A stretch of DNA of 64,000 nucleotides. It comes from Octopus sinensis (Eukaryota). Every line of letters starts with the position of its first letter. Within the stretch, counting starts at the first letter, position 1. The stretch lies in assembly GCF_006345805.1 (NCBI RefSeq), contig NC_043009.1:58342001-58406000 (forward strand), given 5' to 3'. Below the pieces are notes generated by a model. The model was given only the letters and a program-made list of their open reading frames with translations. It had not been told where the DNA came from and did no database searches. The position numbers were made by a program, and so were the translations under genes. Shown here piece by piece: positions 23,801 through 38,575 of the stretch.

Positions 23801-25449
23801 AATAGCAACAAGGCGGTGGTAACTAGACATGAGTGCAACACCACATGTTGTCTACTTTACCAGTTTTGACTATGATACTAGAAGTTATAGTTGTAGCAGC
23901 AGCAGTAGTAGCGTTTGAGGTAGTGGTGGTGGTTGTAGTTGTAGTAGGAGGAGGAGTAGTTGCTGCTGTAGTCATAGTAGCAATAATAGCCGTGTTTTAT
24001 GACGCCAATTTCTGTAGAGAGCAGTACTTGAGGTATTTGCTTGAGTGCTTCACTGAAGTTTGCCACCCACTTGTCTTAACTAACAAGTCGTCTGTAGAAG
24101 GCAAAGAATAACATGTTTTCTACAAGAAGTGTTTAGCTGTACAGCAGACCTGTTAATTTAACCAGACTAAATACGGAATCATATTTATCATCGATACATT
24201 ATGAGTTATGTGTAAGAAATTTAAAATTGTTAAAAAGAACGCCTCCTTGACAGGAGCCAAGCTTTTTATATTTCTCTCTAAAACCTTGAACTATGATGGC
24301 TTTTATCACCAGGTCATCTATGTTTTAATACTTTGAAGGTCAAACACATTCTAGCCATGACTATGTCATCTGTTTTTCATCGTGAAAATTATTCTCTGTT
24401 TCTTTGTAATTAAGGATTCTAATGACGCCTTAAGGGAGATTTAGCTACTATTTTCGGTAAGCTGAATGACTTTTAGTTTTAAATATTATAGTCATTATAT
24501 AAATCCAGGTTATCCTCAATTCATCAGATCTAGGATAATGAGTGTTCCAGTCGTGGCCATCCCATATTCCTTTTTTACATATTGTGTTCCTAAGGTTACC
24601 ACTATTCTATTTTTAAGGCAGTAAGCTATCATATGGAGGAAATTTTAGTGTTATTTCTTGCAGACCAAAGGCCACATAAGATGACGACATTCACGGCTTG
24701 GCCAATGAAATGACATGGTGGTCAGAATTCTTGTTGAAGTCTGCTTATATATTTTACTCTTAGTTCCTATTGCTTAACACTGCGGAACACTGTTTCCAAA
24801 TTATGGAGATCCGTCTTTTCTTCTACGAAGGAATACATTGGCCAATACAAAATTTTAATTTTAATGATAATAGGGTATGGGATATGGTAGATTTGGTTAC
24901 TATATCTAGCAGGCAGGAAGACGGCATAAAAATGACTTACAAAATGGCTACATTATAAATACTTGTAATCATGAAATATTTTCAATATATAGGCGGTAAA
25001 AACACACGAAGGAATTCACGTGGTTTGTGAATTAATCATATTTAAATAAGCACAAGAACCCAACATCAGACGAAAATTTAATCGATTAAGACTAGAAAAT
25101 ATTTTATCGATTTTTGAAGGAAAGGAAAAGCAAGGTTAACCCCTGAGGGATTTAGCCACCGAACATAAAGAAATTACCAAAATTTTACAAGAATCAACCT
25201 ATCGACCACTGACTATTGAAGAAAGTTAAGTGATGGCTGATGTTAAATAAGCAAAAGTGAGTGATTTCGTTTCATATACTTCGAAACAGACAAATGGTTA
25301 AGAATTTTAGTTCACAACTACTTTTGTTTTGCGTGCGTCATCACTGTGAAAAACAGGCAAGCGTCTTCTTCTAGAAGTTTTGCTTCATCAAGAACTTCTA
25401 GATGAAATTTCATAAACTGCTGTTTTGTTTGTTTGTTTGTTTGTTTGTT

Positions 25450-25807
25450 GAGCGAAGCGGTCTTCATCCCAGTGGGGGAAGACCAGAACATGGTCATTTG
25501 CTATTCGTAAGACCCACAGAAGAGAAAGCAGGTCAACCCCCGACACGGAGAGCATCGACGGATAGGTGACTGCGCATCCAGGCTCCGCGGTGGCGTAGGA
25601 CGTCGGGGACAAGAAACAGGAAGAAAGAGTAAGAGAAAGTTGGAGAGAAAGAGTACAACAGGGGTCGCCACCACCCCTTGCCAAGGCCTCGTGGAGCTTT
25701 AGGTGTTTTCGCTCAATAAATACACACAACGCCCGGTCTGGGAATCGAAACCGCTATCCTTCGATCGCGAGTCCGCTGCCCTAACCACTGGGCCATTGCG
25801 CCTCCAC
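25450..25807 (-). mobile_element. SINE family C (tRNA-derived head GGAGGCGCAATGGCCCAGTGGTTAGGGCAGCGGACTCGCG), tail type 1
   Basis: Intact box A and box B (GGTTTCGATTCC); near-identical head at 47790 and 60504. Confidence 0.9.
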
Positions 25808-26782
25808 TGAAACTGCTGTAGCGCTTGTGAGGAAACTTTTTTTTTATTTAGGGTTTGTAGCCTTAAACTGTAGCACTACCACCAGTCCTGAAATACTCTT
25901 AACTGAAAGCAAACTATTCGGTCTAATCGTACCATACTGCCATTAGCAAACTATTTTAGAGACCGGAATAAAAGGACTTTTCCTGCATGCTTTGAAACAC
26001 AAGAAATATCGGATCGCAGGAATCTTTATTTGAATAAAGGAAATGATTTGGAACACGTCGTGATAACATTCGTTCAGACCAAGATAAAAGGTTAATCTTC
26101 AAAACTTCTCTGAGCACATATATGATGACAGCTATTCTCCTTGTACCCTATAATTGTATAGAAACGAACGAGGTAGTCTCTTCACGTTTTCTCGATCTAC
26201 TGGAAATAATAACCAACAACCGATCTTTATTTGCTGCTCGTCTTGGAGGTCAGTGCACAGTCACTAGTTAACTCTTATCAAGCATAGCAATATTCAAAGT
26301 CGTTCCAACCGTGACTGCATCATCGCTTTGTATATCATATATTATATTTAGGTGTAGAACAGAGAGAATCCTCAGCTCATCGTACAAAATCGTTAGTGGC
26401 ATTTGTTTCGGTTCTTTTCACGTTCTGAGTTCAAATCCTGTAAGAGTCAGCATTGTATTTTATCCATCGTGTTATTTTTAAAGAGATTTCGACATGATTT
26501 GAATGAGGTTTGGCTGCTATATTTAGCCCTTCCAGCTACCATACAGTGATGTTCTTGTCTGTAATTATGCGCTTTGTTACAAAAACATAGACCTGTAAAT
26601 GTGATATTCACTGACGCAATATCTTAAGATATAAACCCGCTTGCTATGAGGGCTAATACATGTTAGCACGTACTTATACGTTAACAGAGAACGGTGGAAA
26701 GGATCCCAATATTTTAATAGTCGCTGCCCTGATTGCGTGAACAATATACTTTATTATAAGGTAACAATACTTTTTTTTGTGA

Positions 26783-27117
26783 CCCACTTCGGTCATGACA
26801 CTGACCATGGGTTTGCACCTAGAAATTTCCTCTCCAAGGTACAAGTCTGGGCAAGGTTGTTTATGGAAGGCCAGCAGTTGCCCATGCATACCGGCCTTCC
26901 CACTCCACGGCACCAGTGTTATCCAAGGGAAAGGCAAAGGCTGATACAGCTTGGCACCTGTGACGTCGCAACTCATTTCTACAGATGAGTGAACTGGAGC
27001 AACGTGAAAATAAAGTGTCTTGCTCAAGAACACAACACGCAGCCCGGTCCGGGATTCGAACTCACAACCTCACGATCGTAAGCTCGACGCTCTAACCACT
27101 GAGCCATGCGCCTTCAC
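26783..27117 (-). mobile_element. SINE family D (tRNA head GGCGCATGGCTCAGTGGTTAGAGCG, CORE-like GTGTTCTTGAGCAAGACAC)
   Basis: Colinear with 40550-40876. Confidence 0.88.
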
Positions 27118-27299
27118 AAGGTAACAATAATGCTGAGAGTAAAAGATAGGCAATGATATTGCCTTTCTTGAAATGTCATAACAGACCGAACATAATTTTA
27201 AAGCAATATTACATATGTTGTTAATGTTTTTTTTCACTTAATCTGTTTTTTTCTTAAACATAAATAAAATATATCGAGTTATATATATTGGTGCGTAGA

Positions 27300-27430
<131 letters not shown>

Positions 27431-27452
27431 ATCCATATATCTATATATATAC

Positions 27453-27488
<36 letters not shown>

Positions 27489-27515
27489 CTGTCTGTCTGT
27501 CTATCTATCTGTCTG

Positions 27516-27560
<45 letters not shown>

Positions 27561-27649
27561 ATATATATTATATATATTATATATATATATCTACTTTATA
27601 TCAGTATATATGTATACTTATTTGTGCGTGTATATATATATATATATAT

Positions 27650-27723
27650 ATACAGTGTACATTTAAACACATAAGAAGTATTCACCATAGCATTCCTCTT
27701 ATATGTTTAAATGTACACTGTAT
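27650..27723. repeat. 27-bp inverted repeat abutting (TA)n
   Basis: Arms 27650-27676 and 27697-27723, 1 mismatch. Confidence 0.9.
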
Positions 27724-27826
27724 TTATATGAATAATATATAGTGTATTGACTAAGTTTTCTATACGCTAGGCCATAGGTTGTAAAAAATTTCTAAAGTCC
27801 CTATGACCCTGATATTATTAAAATAT

Positions 27827-27858
<32 letters not shown>

Positions 27859-27862
27859 ATAT

Positions 27863-27891
<29 letters not shown>

Positions 27892-27895
<4 letters not shown>

Positions 27896-28148
27896 CACAA
27901 TCAAGGAACGGCCATAATAGGCCATTCACCCACTAGAAATAACAGCCAAAAAGCTTCAACCGCAAAATAACATTAATTCTGTAAACCAGGAGAAAATTAA
28001 AAAAAACATTTACCCTGAAATTTTAATTTTTTTATTTTTTTAATTTTCTCCTGGTTTACAGAATTAATGTTATTTTGCGGTTGAAGCTTTTTGGCTGTTA
28101 TTTCTAGTGGGTGAATGGCCTATTATGGCCGTTCCTTGATTGTGATAT
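27892..28148. repeat. ~115-bp near-perfect inverted repeat abutting (TA)n
   Basis: Arms 27892-28006 and ~28035-28148. Confidence 0.92.
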
Positions 28149-28247
28149 TGAACTTAAAAATGGTTTATGACTATTTAATTTTTTCCCACTAGGCCGCTGG
28201 GGGCAAAAGAATTCTACAAAATTTTTTTGCCTCCCTATATTGATTAA

Positions 28248-28302
<55 letters not shown>

Positions 28303-28395
28303 CTTTTTGTTTGTACCCCATTGCGGTGGATTTGTCCAACCTAAGCTATGCTGCGTCATGGTTGTTTACAGTTGACTAAAACAAGAAAAAGTCTT

Positions 28396-28571
28396 TTTTT
28401 CATTTGTTTCAATTATTTGACTGTGGCCATGCTGGAACACCGCCTTTAGTCGAAAAAATCAACCCCAGGACTTATTCCTTGTAATCTTAGTACTTTTCCG
28501 TCTACTAAATCCACTCACGAGGCTTTAGTCGGCACGAGGCTATAGTTGAAGACATCAGCCCAAGGTGACAC
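28396..28571 (-). mobile_element. SINE family B fragment (internally deleted)
   Basis: Tail and CORE-proximal segments joined without the (TG)n spacer. Confidence 0.7.
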
Positions 28572-29037
28572 TTATATATATATTATATATATATATAATA
28601 TATATATATATATATTATATATATATATAAGCAACGTAGCTGGTTACGAAATCCCAATAAGGGATGGAAGTAGTAAGTACAAAGAGCGGTAATGTTTATC
28701 GCCACATTAATATGGCATTTCGATGTTACTGCGATTTGTCGCCCCAAAAGAGCCTCTTCCAGCTGGTTGTCGATGCAATCTGCATCCCGTTTATATATTG
28801 CAAGCGGTGTTGTGAACCCCTTGCAACTTCTTGCAGACAACCGGATCACCTGATCGAACGGTTTCGAGTAATTTATGCCCGTCGTTAATGGCGAACAGCC
28901 GACCGTTAGAGATAGCAGGAAATTGCGCCAGCTCGCAATATATACAGAACAAAGCGACAAAGAGTCACTGAGCTTGCAACAAGCAATATTTTTCAATATG
29001 TATGTATGAATCTATCTATCAATCAATCAATCAATCA

Positions 29038-29119
<82 letters not shown>

Positions 29120-29509
29120 TTATCTATCTAGATATTTATCTGTCTATCTGTCTGTCTACCTGTCAATGACAATATATATGTATATATCTACGTATATATA
29201 AACAGTTATTGATTTTCCTAAAGACGCTCTGAGCTGTGTCAATCTCCATGTATATTCCACATGTCACTGTCTTGCTTAGACTAAGCTGAAGTGTTTAACG
29301 CATCAATATCTGAATATCAACTCCAGTAACTCTGAACTTGCACTGCACCTGATGTACGGAGCTAAAAAAGAATAGAAATCTCCAATAAACTCTTTAAATA
29401 CCTACATATACATATGTACACACAGACACACACACACACACACACACACGTACACACAGAGAGACACACACATTCACACATGTATATATATATACATAAA
29501 TATATACCT

Positions 29510-29556
<47 letters not shown>

Positions 29557-29669
29557 TATATATATACGTATACATGTATGTATATGCATATGGTGTGTGT
29601 CTATATATTTATACATGCATATATGTATATATATATATATATATATACATATATATACATGCATATATG

Positions 29670-29717
<48 letters not shown>

Positions 29718-29814
29718 TATATGTATATATAATATATATATATATATATATACATATATGTTTGTATGTATATGCATATACATAAAATGGCTGATCGTTT
29801 GTAAGGAGAGACAC

Positions 29815-29862
<48 letters not shown>

Positions 29863-30584
29863 TACAAGAAGGTTTTGCCAGAAATCGTTTGAAAATATCT
29901 ATTGTATATCGGCATATTGTTTTCTGCTAGATGAAGTATTATATAAAATGAAACTGCAGATTGTTTTCATGTATGACCGTCGTTGAATTGCTGCAGACGA
30001 AGAAGGTTTGATTTCCAATAAAGCCGGTTCGGTTGATTTAGTACTTAAGCATTCCATTTTGCTCACCATTCAATAGATAAAATGGATGGGTAGCCTGCTT
30101 CTCCAGTTTGACTATCTTTTGAAAAATTATGAGAACACGAGGCATTCATCAATGAATCAGTGATCCGTGAATTGTTACGAACATTCCGTTATTAGTATGA
30201 AATGAAGTAAGATAATCTATATTGGATAAATATTTATTTTACCCTGCAAATGAACAGAAGCAATTATTAAAACTGTCACAGGTTTTGTCCTTGGAAACAA
30301 AAGATAACGAAGGAACTGCTAATTTGTGGTTAAAATATTGGCAAACTCTCTCATATCACAATTTAATGTTTCACGTACGTATAAATGAATCAGGGCCTTT
30401 TAAATGGTAAACAGACCTGAAAAACATCAGTCAATTCTCCTTTTCCCTTATTCCTCCCCGAAAACGAAGCCTCTCATACGCTAGCTCGTTCTAATAGCAG
30501 TAATGATAGCATAGTAACAGCTAAATCTCACTGGAATCGTATCATGGTGCCACATGTTGAATGCAAAACAACAAGGGAGACATC

Positions 30585-30964
30585 TACCGTAAATCCTCGA
30601 GTATAATCCGCATTTCCCCCCAAAATTTAAAGGTCAGAATCCCTGGTAATATATACGAGGTTAAAAATGAAAAATATTTTCTAAGCAATGACGGAGTCTC
30701 TATTTGCTGTCCGGCAATGTTTATTCAGATGCATTTTGTGATGTCGGGCGCGAAAATACATTAGGCTAAGCCTGTTACATTCCCATATAACAGTTAAGAA
30801 CATCACAATTATTGTATTATGCATGCACTGCTTTAGGGGCTGCTGGTTTAATTACGGACGACTCAAGTTAGAGAACTGGTGCGTATTATACACAAGGTTT
30901 AGGTTTTTCAGAGGTACAACCCATATTATACTCAAGGGCAGAGTATACTCGAGGATTTACGGTA
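30585..30964. mobile_element. Non-autonomous Tc2/pogo-like DNA transposon (MITE), TA target duplication
   Basis: TA-CCGTAAATCCTCGAGTATA ... TATACTCGAGGATTTACGG-TA; colinear with 41348-41879. Confidence 0.85.
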
Positions 30965-31246
30965 TGTACTAATCAGATCTGGTTGAAATAGAAGAGGGAA
31001 ATTAACCCCGACTCTCTAATATGTATATACGTATGTGTATCTTAATGAACGAACGCTTAGACGGAAGTTGAATTTGAAATAACAACGGAATGCTCCTCAA
31101 ATTTTACCTACCGTCTACGTGGGTTGCGTGATATTAAAACTAATTGACTTCAACAAACATGGGGTGTTCACGACTGAAATATTTTATGATGTGGTTAGAC
31201 ATTCATGTATAAGTCCTTCGTATACCTTATGGCGAAGAGAATAACA

Positions 31247-31500
31247 AGAAGACATAAATAACTGAAATATATTTCATCTGAGGTTCGCGCAGCCATAAAC
31301 TCAGTATAAAATTATCAGCTGCTTCAAATAGCACTGGAATGTGTTTCGTTTCATCACCCCAAAGTTTTAGAAAAAAGAAGACATAACTGAAATATATTTC
31401 ATGTGAGATTCGCACAACCACGAACAGGGTATAAAGTTATTACCTGCTTCAAACAGCACTCGAATGTGTTTCGTATCATCACCCCAAAGTTTTAGAAAAA
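31247..31500. repeat. Diverged tandem duplication, unit ~126 bp
   Basis: ACTGAAATATATTTCAT...TCATCACCCCAAAGTTTTAGAAAAA occurs twice. Confidence 0.85.
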
Positions 31501-31714
31501 TGGTCTGAGACGTAATACCCAGTTCATATTGTCAGAGTGTGTTGAGGGAACGGCTAATCTCTTTTGGTATGCCTTTGTTTCCACATTTGCTGGAAAAGGG
31601 AAAACCTGTGGTTAAACAATAACAAAACAGTGGGGGATGATATAGACGTCTGCAGATAGACCTTAACCCGAGGACACAAAAGTACATTTAAACACACACA
31701 TAAAAACACACACA

Positions 31715-31787
<73 letters not shown>

Positions 31788-32849
31788 TACTGAGAAGTTA
31801 TATGGAAAAAAAAAACTTTTTCAATATTTCTATTAACAACATATAAATTTCAAGAGCAAAAAAATAGGTGTTATAGACAGTTGCCAAGGTATATTCTTGG
31901 TTAATTTATTGAACATTTTTTCAATAATAATCTTGTAACTTTGGGAATTTTAGCGAAAGTAACAACAACAACAGCAACAAATAAATAATAATAAATCATT
32001 CAACTTAAGTTCTCTAGGTGCCAGCCAGCTCTCTAACTTTTACGAGGTTGCTAAATATGCTGAAAATAGCAGCAGATGTAACAACCAATAACGCAAACTC
32101 TTCTTTACAAAATGGAAGTAACACTGTTTATTGTATTTCTGAACATATATAAAAGCGAAAAAGCAGAAAGAAAATTAGAAAAAAGGAAGGTGTAAACTGC
32201 AACACTTTCGGTTCATAACACTACAATATCCCAGATGACCGTCAGTTAAAAAGACAGAGACAAAAATTATATATGCGGGAGGCAGTAAGTGAAAAATATG
32301 TAAGAAAAAATAATATACGGTATATATTTTTGAAGACAACCATGCAATTAGACGTTGTTGGTGCTGGAAGATTTCCAAAATTTCAAGACGAATATAATAT
32401 TTTTGGCCGAATATAATGTCCAAAGAATTATATGTGTATCTGCATGTTTGTGCATGTAAGCGTATGTAAGCGCATACATACATACATACATACGTACATA
32501 CACACACACACTATACATACATATAAACATATATACATATATGTTTATAGGTATGTATATGTAAATATATGTATATGTATATGTATATATGTATATATAT
32601 GTATATGTATCTATACATATATGTTTATATGTATGTATATGTATGTTTATATGTATGTATATGTATATATGTATGTATATATATATGTACATATATATAT
32701 ATGCGTATTTATATATAAGTGTATATATATATATATATATATATACATGTGTGTGTACTTATGTGTGCATGTGTGTGTATGTGGGCGAATATAGGTGTGT
32801 ATATATCTGTCTATGTCTTCCTGTATCTCTCTCTTTATATATAATATAC

Positions 32850-32914
<65 letters not shown>

Positions 32915-33515
32915 ATATATAATATATATATATATACATACATACATACATACATAATATATATATATATATATATAATATATATATATATATATTATAT
33001 ATATATATATATACGAATGCGGAGAGAGAGATCGACTTAAGCAGCGAACTTACACTCGCGGTATGAGACTCCATAAAAATTCTAACGTACGTACATGGAG
33101 ATCATGAATTTACAATTTACGTCTTAATGCATTAATAATCGGTAAAAAAGATGTCTTCCAAACCTGTCGGTCAATACAATGTTGATTGCTTACCATTGGT
33201 TCGTAGTGGGACATCTTCAGGTTTTCGGCAATATTCGTATTGTTAAACACTTTGGACGAAGAATATTTGCTCAATTATATATAATACTATGTGGCTATTC
33301 TTTGCATGATTGTCAGTACATACATCTAGTAAGAATATGCAAAAAACGAAGCGATAAATTTTGGAAATGACTAACATGAGGAATTTTAGAAGATGATGCA
33401 GCATTGTGATAGTGGAATTCAATGGCTGATATTTTAAACTGGGGTATAGAGAATTTGTATTTTGAATGCGTCTAAATCTATATATTTATCTAAACATCTA
33501 ATATTGTAATACCTT

Positions 33516-33860
<345 letters not shown>

Positions 33861-34369
33861 CAAATATGTTTGAGACACTGAACTTGTACAATACTAATGC
33901 ACCACCATAATGTCGCTACATATTGGAATCGACCCCAGTGCTCAGTACCTGCTGATATCGTATTCTTGTTGTGCCCATGGCTGAGTTAAAATTACATAAA
34001 CAACGCAAAATGGTTAGGCAAATGGTAACAGGAAGAGCTAAACTTAGGAGCTTTACATCATATCCAAATATCGTAAGAGAGAACACGCTGGAAGATATAA
34101 TAGTATTATGCAACCCTAATATATTATAACGTCCATTAAACAATGTTATGAGAAAATACCGTGTTCTACTGTGGATAGCTTACGGTATACTTAGTTTGAC
34201 CAATCAGTTTCTGTACTGTTGCCATAGTAACGAAGCTAAATTATGGAGAATAAAGCCACTTGGAACAGACTGACCTTGAACTCTGTTTTACATGTGCACT
34301 AAGTTTTAACGTTCTTACTAACTCACTTCCGCTGTTTACAGCGGTGCTTGGAAGGAACGTGTGTAGCGT

Positions 34370-34500
34370 GTGATCGTCGCATTGAGCAAAACAGGGGAAG
34401 TTCTGCAGAGAATCTGCATTAGATTTTACCAAAAGCGTGACGATTCCTGCTCAGACGGCTACGCAAACTTTTCGAAAAGTTTTCGGCAATCTCGACACAG
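34370..34500 (+). pseudogene. Possible mariner transposase N-terminal remnant
   Basis: QRICIRFYQKRDDSCSDGYAN..RKVFG resembles the mariner HTH start (QR.CIKFC.K.G....E.Y..L...FG). Confidence 0.45.
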
Positions 34501-34735
34501 TTACGGAGAACATGTACACCTGAAACACGAGTGTCTTTTTGGTCAGCTGAAAGCAGTTTCGGCACAAGCTTGGCAGACACGTGTTTCATACCCAAATCTT
34601 CAGTGAAAATGGACTGAACTGAACCGAAGCTAATCTGCTCATCCTCTGATAACTCCCGGATGGTGATTCGAGGGTTTCCAGATTCGGTAATATTGCGAAT
34701 AAGGGGTTCAACGTTGGTTCTATGTCAGCGTGTGT

Positions 34736-34864
34736 ATATAAGAAATTTTGCGTAATAAGATAAAAACCCAAGGCTGTGTAGATATTAGAAATTTATAGAT
34801 AGAAGGTCTTACAGCTTTATAGCCTTGGTCTTTTTATCTTATTACGCAAAACATTCTTATATAT
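34736..34864. repeat. ~40-bp imperfect inverted repeat near TA/CA tracts
   Basis: Arms 34736-34775 and 34821-34864. Confidence 0.85.
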
Positions 34865-34904
34865 TTTTATATATTTATTAACACACACACACACACACAC
34901 ACAC

Positions 34905-34936
<32 letters not shown>

Positions 34937-35178
34937 AATTTACATACATGTATATCTATACATGATGGGTATATATAATCTCTATTTAAATACTCGCACA
35001 ACGAATCAAACAGATATATGTATAATTGCTAACATACATATATTTCGGATTCTAACATACATTATATAACTTCTTATACATGTATCTATGTGTGTGTTTT
35101 TGTGGTGTATGCGTGTATGTTATTGTGTGTATATAGATATATATCTTTATCCGTATACATATACGAATACATATACGA

Positions 35179-35244
<66 letters not shown>

Positions 35245-35248
35245 CCAT

Positions 35249-35321
<73 letters not shown>

Positions 35322-35664
35322 TATACTTAATGAGTATTTAGTAACAAATCTGCAAATTGTTATTGAAAATCTTTCAGGAATAAATGAACGCTAGAGATTT
35401 GTTAAGACCATTTTCTCAGCACTCATTCTATAATTTGGTCAATGAATAGTCTAAATATGGATTCCCAAGATGTATAAAAGACATTTGATTATTTAATTTC
35501 TCCATAATTACTTGCTAATATATAAGTTTGCACACCAATTATATTAGCTCTATACAATTTTTTTTTCAAATCAGCATATATATATATATATATAATATAT
35601 ATATATGTGTGTTTTCCTATTATATATGTATATTATATATATAGTATATATATATATATATATA

Positions 35665-35703
<39 letters not shown>

Positions 35704-35767
35704 TTTCTATTATATATATTATATATATTATATATATATATATATATATGTTTGTTTTTCCTATTTA

Positions 35768-35831
<64 letters not shown>

Positions 35832-36324
35832 TATACATATATATATGTATTTATATATGTATGTATATATGTATTGTGTATGTATCTCCCTCCAGTGGAG
35901 GGATGTAATTTGCCTTCCTCCATTTAGTTCTCACGATTCCCGTATACGGCTGAGCGTTTTGTAGGTATTAAATCAATGGTCTCACTGAGCGGGTATACCA
36001 GCGAACTTCTTAAAGATATATATATATATATATAGATATAGATATATATGTGTATGTATGTTTGTGTGTGTGTGTTTGTGTATTGTAAATATTTGATGCA
36101 GGAGCCGGAGTATGCTGGAACTTTTAATTAATACATCGTTCGTTTCAGTATAATTCTGCCCTCTAGTGAGTGGGGAATGGTATAATGAATTTCAATGCAC
36201 TCTGCAGTTAAAAAATCCCTTTATCAGGTTTCCTTAGTGACATTTCGCTCGTAGGTTTATATCTAGATTATGTTGGTAGTTGTAACATCTCAAATACATT
36301 GATGGCGAATTAAGAATCCCTGTT

Positions 36325-36745
36325 GTACAGTGAATACAGACTGGATGTTGTTGACAATGAATGAAATGTGAAGGAAGATAATTGTATAATTGTTTTTGAG
36401 CCATTATAAAATGCGCCGAACTCTTTCATGGTTGGTCATGGTTGCCTGGCGTGACGGCGTAGTCAATAATTTACTTGGGACGTATTTCAGGTCATGAAAC
36501 ATAATGACTTTTTTGGACACATTTGTATCCCAACTATGTATCTATGTGTCAGTCCTAGCGTTTACTCGCTCATCATCAAACCACGGTATCGCAAGGTAAA
36601 GTTGCAGAGCATGTTGTTATCAGGGTTTTCTCTCTTTTCCCTGATAAACGGGACAGTATTTCTTTCAGACTGCTTATATGTTTGCTGGGAGAAGGCACAA
36701 AAGCCGCGTGGTGCTGCACTACTGAGACGATGCAAACGTTAGCTA
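36325..36745 (+). pseudogene. Possible piggyBac-like transposase C-terminal remnant
   Basis: Y...LDVVDN, YKMRRTLSW....W.DGVVNNF and a Cys-rich end (CLYVC...RC) in the order of piggyBac motifs; weak. Confidence 0.3.
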
Positions 36746-38541
36746 TCTTGCATGATACTTCAGGGTTAGATTTCCTTCAACGAAATAATAACTGATGGTA
36801 TTTAGATCAACTGCCTTCATTGCAGCCAGTTTTTAAATGGATAGGAAGCCCCATTGATAAATGCGACTCCCAGTTCATTGTTATTTCGTCGGCGACTGGA
36901 CTGGCGCCCCACTTGGCTGGCCTGGTGAGAAAGGGTTGCTAGAAGCACAGGAGGACTAAAAACAAGACCTTTGAAAAGGAGAAATGAATCTAGTGTAGGT
37001 TCAATGAGTATCTAGCAATGGCGGCGACCCTCAGAAATTCCGTGTTGGTATCCGGCGAGTAGCAAGATCACTGGACGTAACGCACCTAATAGCCATTTTC
37101 AAAGCATGTCTGTGGAACCCGTTTCGAACCCAGGCTATGTTTGCTACTGTAATCTGTGTTGACTCGATCCAGGAATCCTCTGCGACGATCGATAATCTAT
37201 AGAGCAAGATGAGCTGCTATGGGTCAGACTTTCTGAAACTGTTTATGCATGTGACCAGAAACCACATTCGAAATTGCACCCTAACTGAAACTCTGAAAAG
37301 AAAAATGACCACTCAAGTAATTCACAAAAACATCATCTATTTCTCTCGCATGGAATGACTGTAATCTCTTACTGTGTTCTCTGTCACTGCTACGCTGTGT
37401 TCTGAAGTGACTGGTCTCATGGCATCTCCCCTCGGCAGCGAATGACAGCATGAAATTTGCACCTCAACAGCGAATTATCACTACGGCTATGTCGTCTGTG
37501 CTATGCGTTGCACTTCTTATCCCAGTGAGGCATTTGTCCCTATCATGTGGTCAGCATTCATGAGGAAGGTGCTGACCTCGTTGGTCCAATATGGCTCAAC
37601 ACATCATAGGTGAATGATGTCGCAAGCAGACGTACATTAATAAATATATATCACTCTCTAAGCCCAGAATGGAGGGAGAAACCATGTTTGATTAGAGCCA
37701 CAGCAGAGAAACATTTCCGATACAAGAACAGGCTGCTGCCAATTAATGAGTTGAAATTAATATCCATATATCCAGGAATGTAGATTGCAAAGATCACTCG
37801 CTTGAGAACAATGCATCAATTTGTATTACAATACACTATTTCCGACAAAATATATTTGCAGGCACAATAACACAGCAAAGCTGATTAGCATGTAGTTTGC
37901 TGCCAGCTTGTAACTACTTAAGGAAATGCATATATGAATCACCAGCTGCTGCACAAAACGACAAAACGAAAATACTATGGCACTTAGCATAACAAATAAG
38001 CCAACCTTATTTTTCATGTCAAGAATGTCACCAGCGTATTCATTATCGATATTTCAAATAACAAATGCTTATATAAGGTTGTGTATTAGTGACCTGGGGG
38101 GGTCCACAGAATTACATTGTCGTAACTGAGATAATATATCTCATCGTATTTTCTAAATAATGTAAATGGGGAGACATTATTCGATTTTTGAAAGTTCATT
38201 GTTAAATTAACTGTAAGGTTAGTCATGAGCATCTACTAGAAAATGGCAAGACTATCATTTGTAAATAAGCTTAAACTTTCTGAGGCCATGCACGCATCGC
38301 ATTTTAAAACTTGGATACCATCTTCAATCGTAAATTTATTCCTAAACCTTTAAATATATACATACATACATACATTCACACACACATACACTCACACACA
38401 CACACACACATACACACACACATATATATATATATATTTGTAATTGTTTGCATATTATATTAATTAATTTTATTTCTATGTTTTAGTTTGTGTTTTTCAC
38501 TGTTTGATTTGCCTAATTGTGGTTTTATCTCTAATTTAATT

Positions 38542-38575
<34 letters not shown>

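Noticed and set aside
25720-25807. tRNA gene-like heads (also 27040-27117, 40550-40620, 47790-47860, 60420-60504)
   Set aside because: They continue into shared repeat bodies and lack a proper acceptor stem; SINE heads, not tRNA genes
28640-28996. GC-richer unique segment with a 137-aa minus-strand ORF
   Set aside because: No recognisable domain or clear splice signals; the ORF runs into (TA)n
31340-31375. LWGDETK resembling the Tc1 catalytic WSDE motif
   Set aside because: Isolated short match inside a tandem duplication; no other transposase motifs
37826-38017. Hydrophobic ORF as a receptor exon
   Set aside because: Expected by chance in T-rich sequence; no family motif
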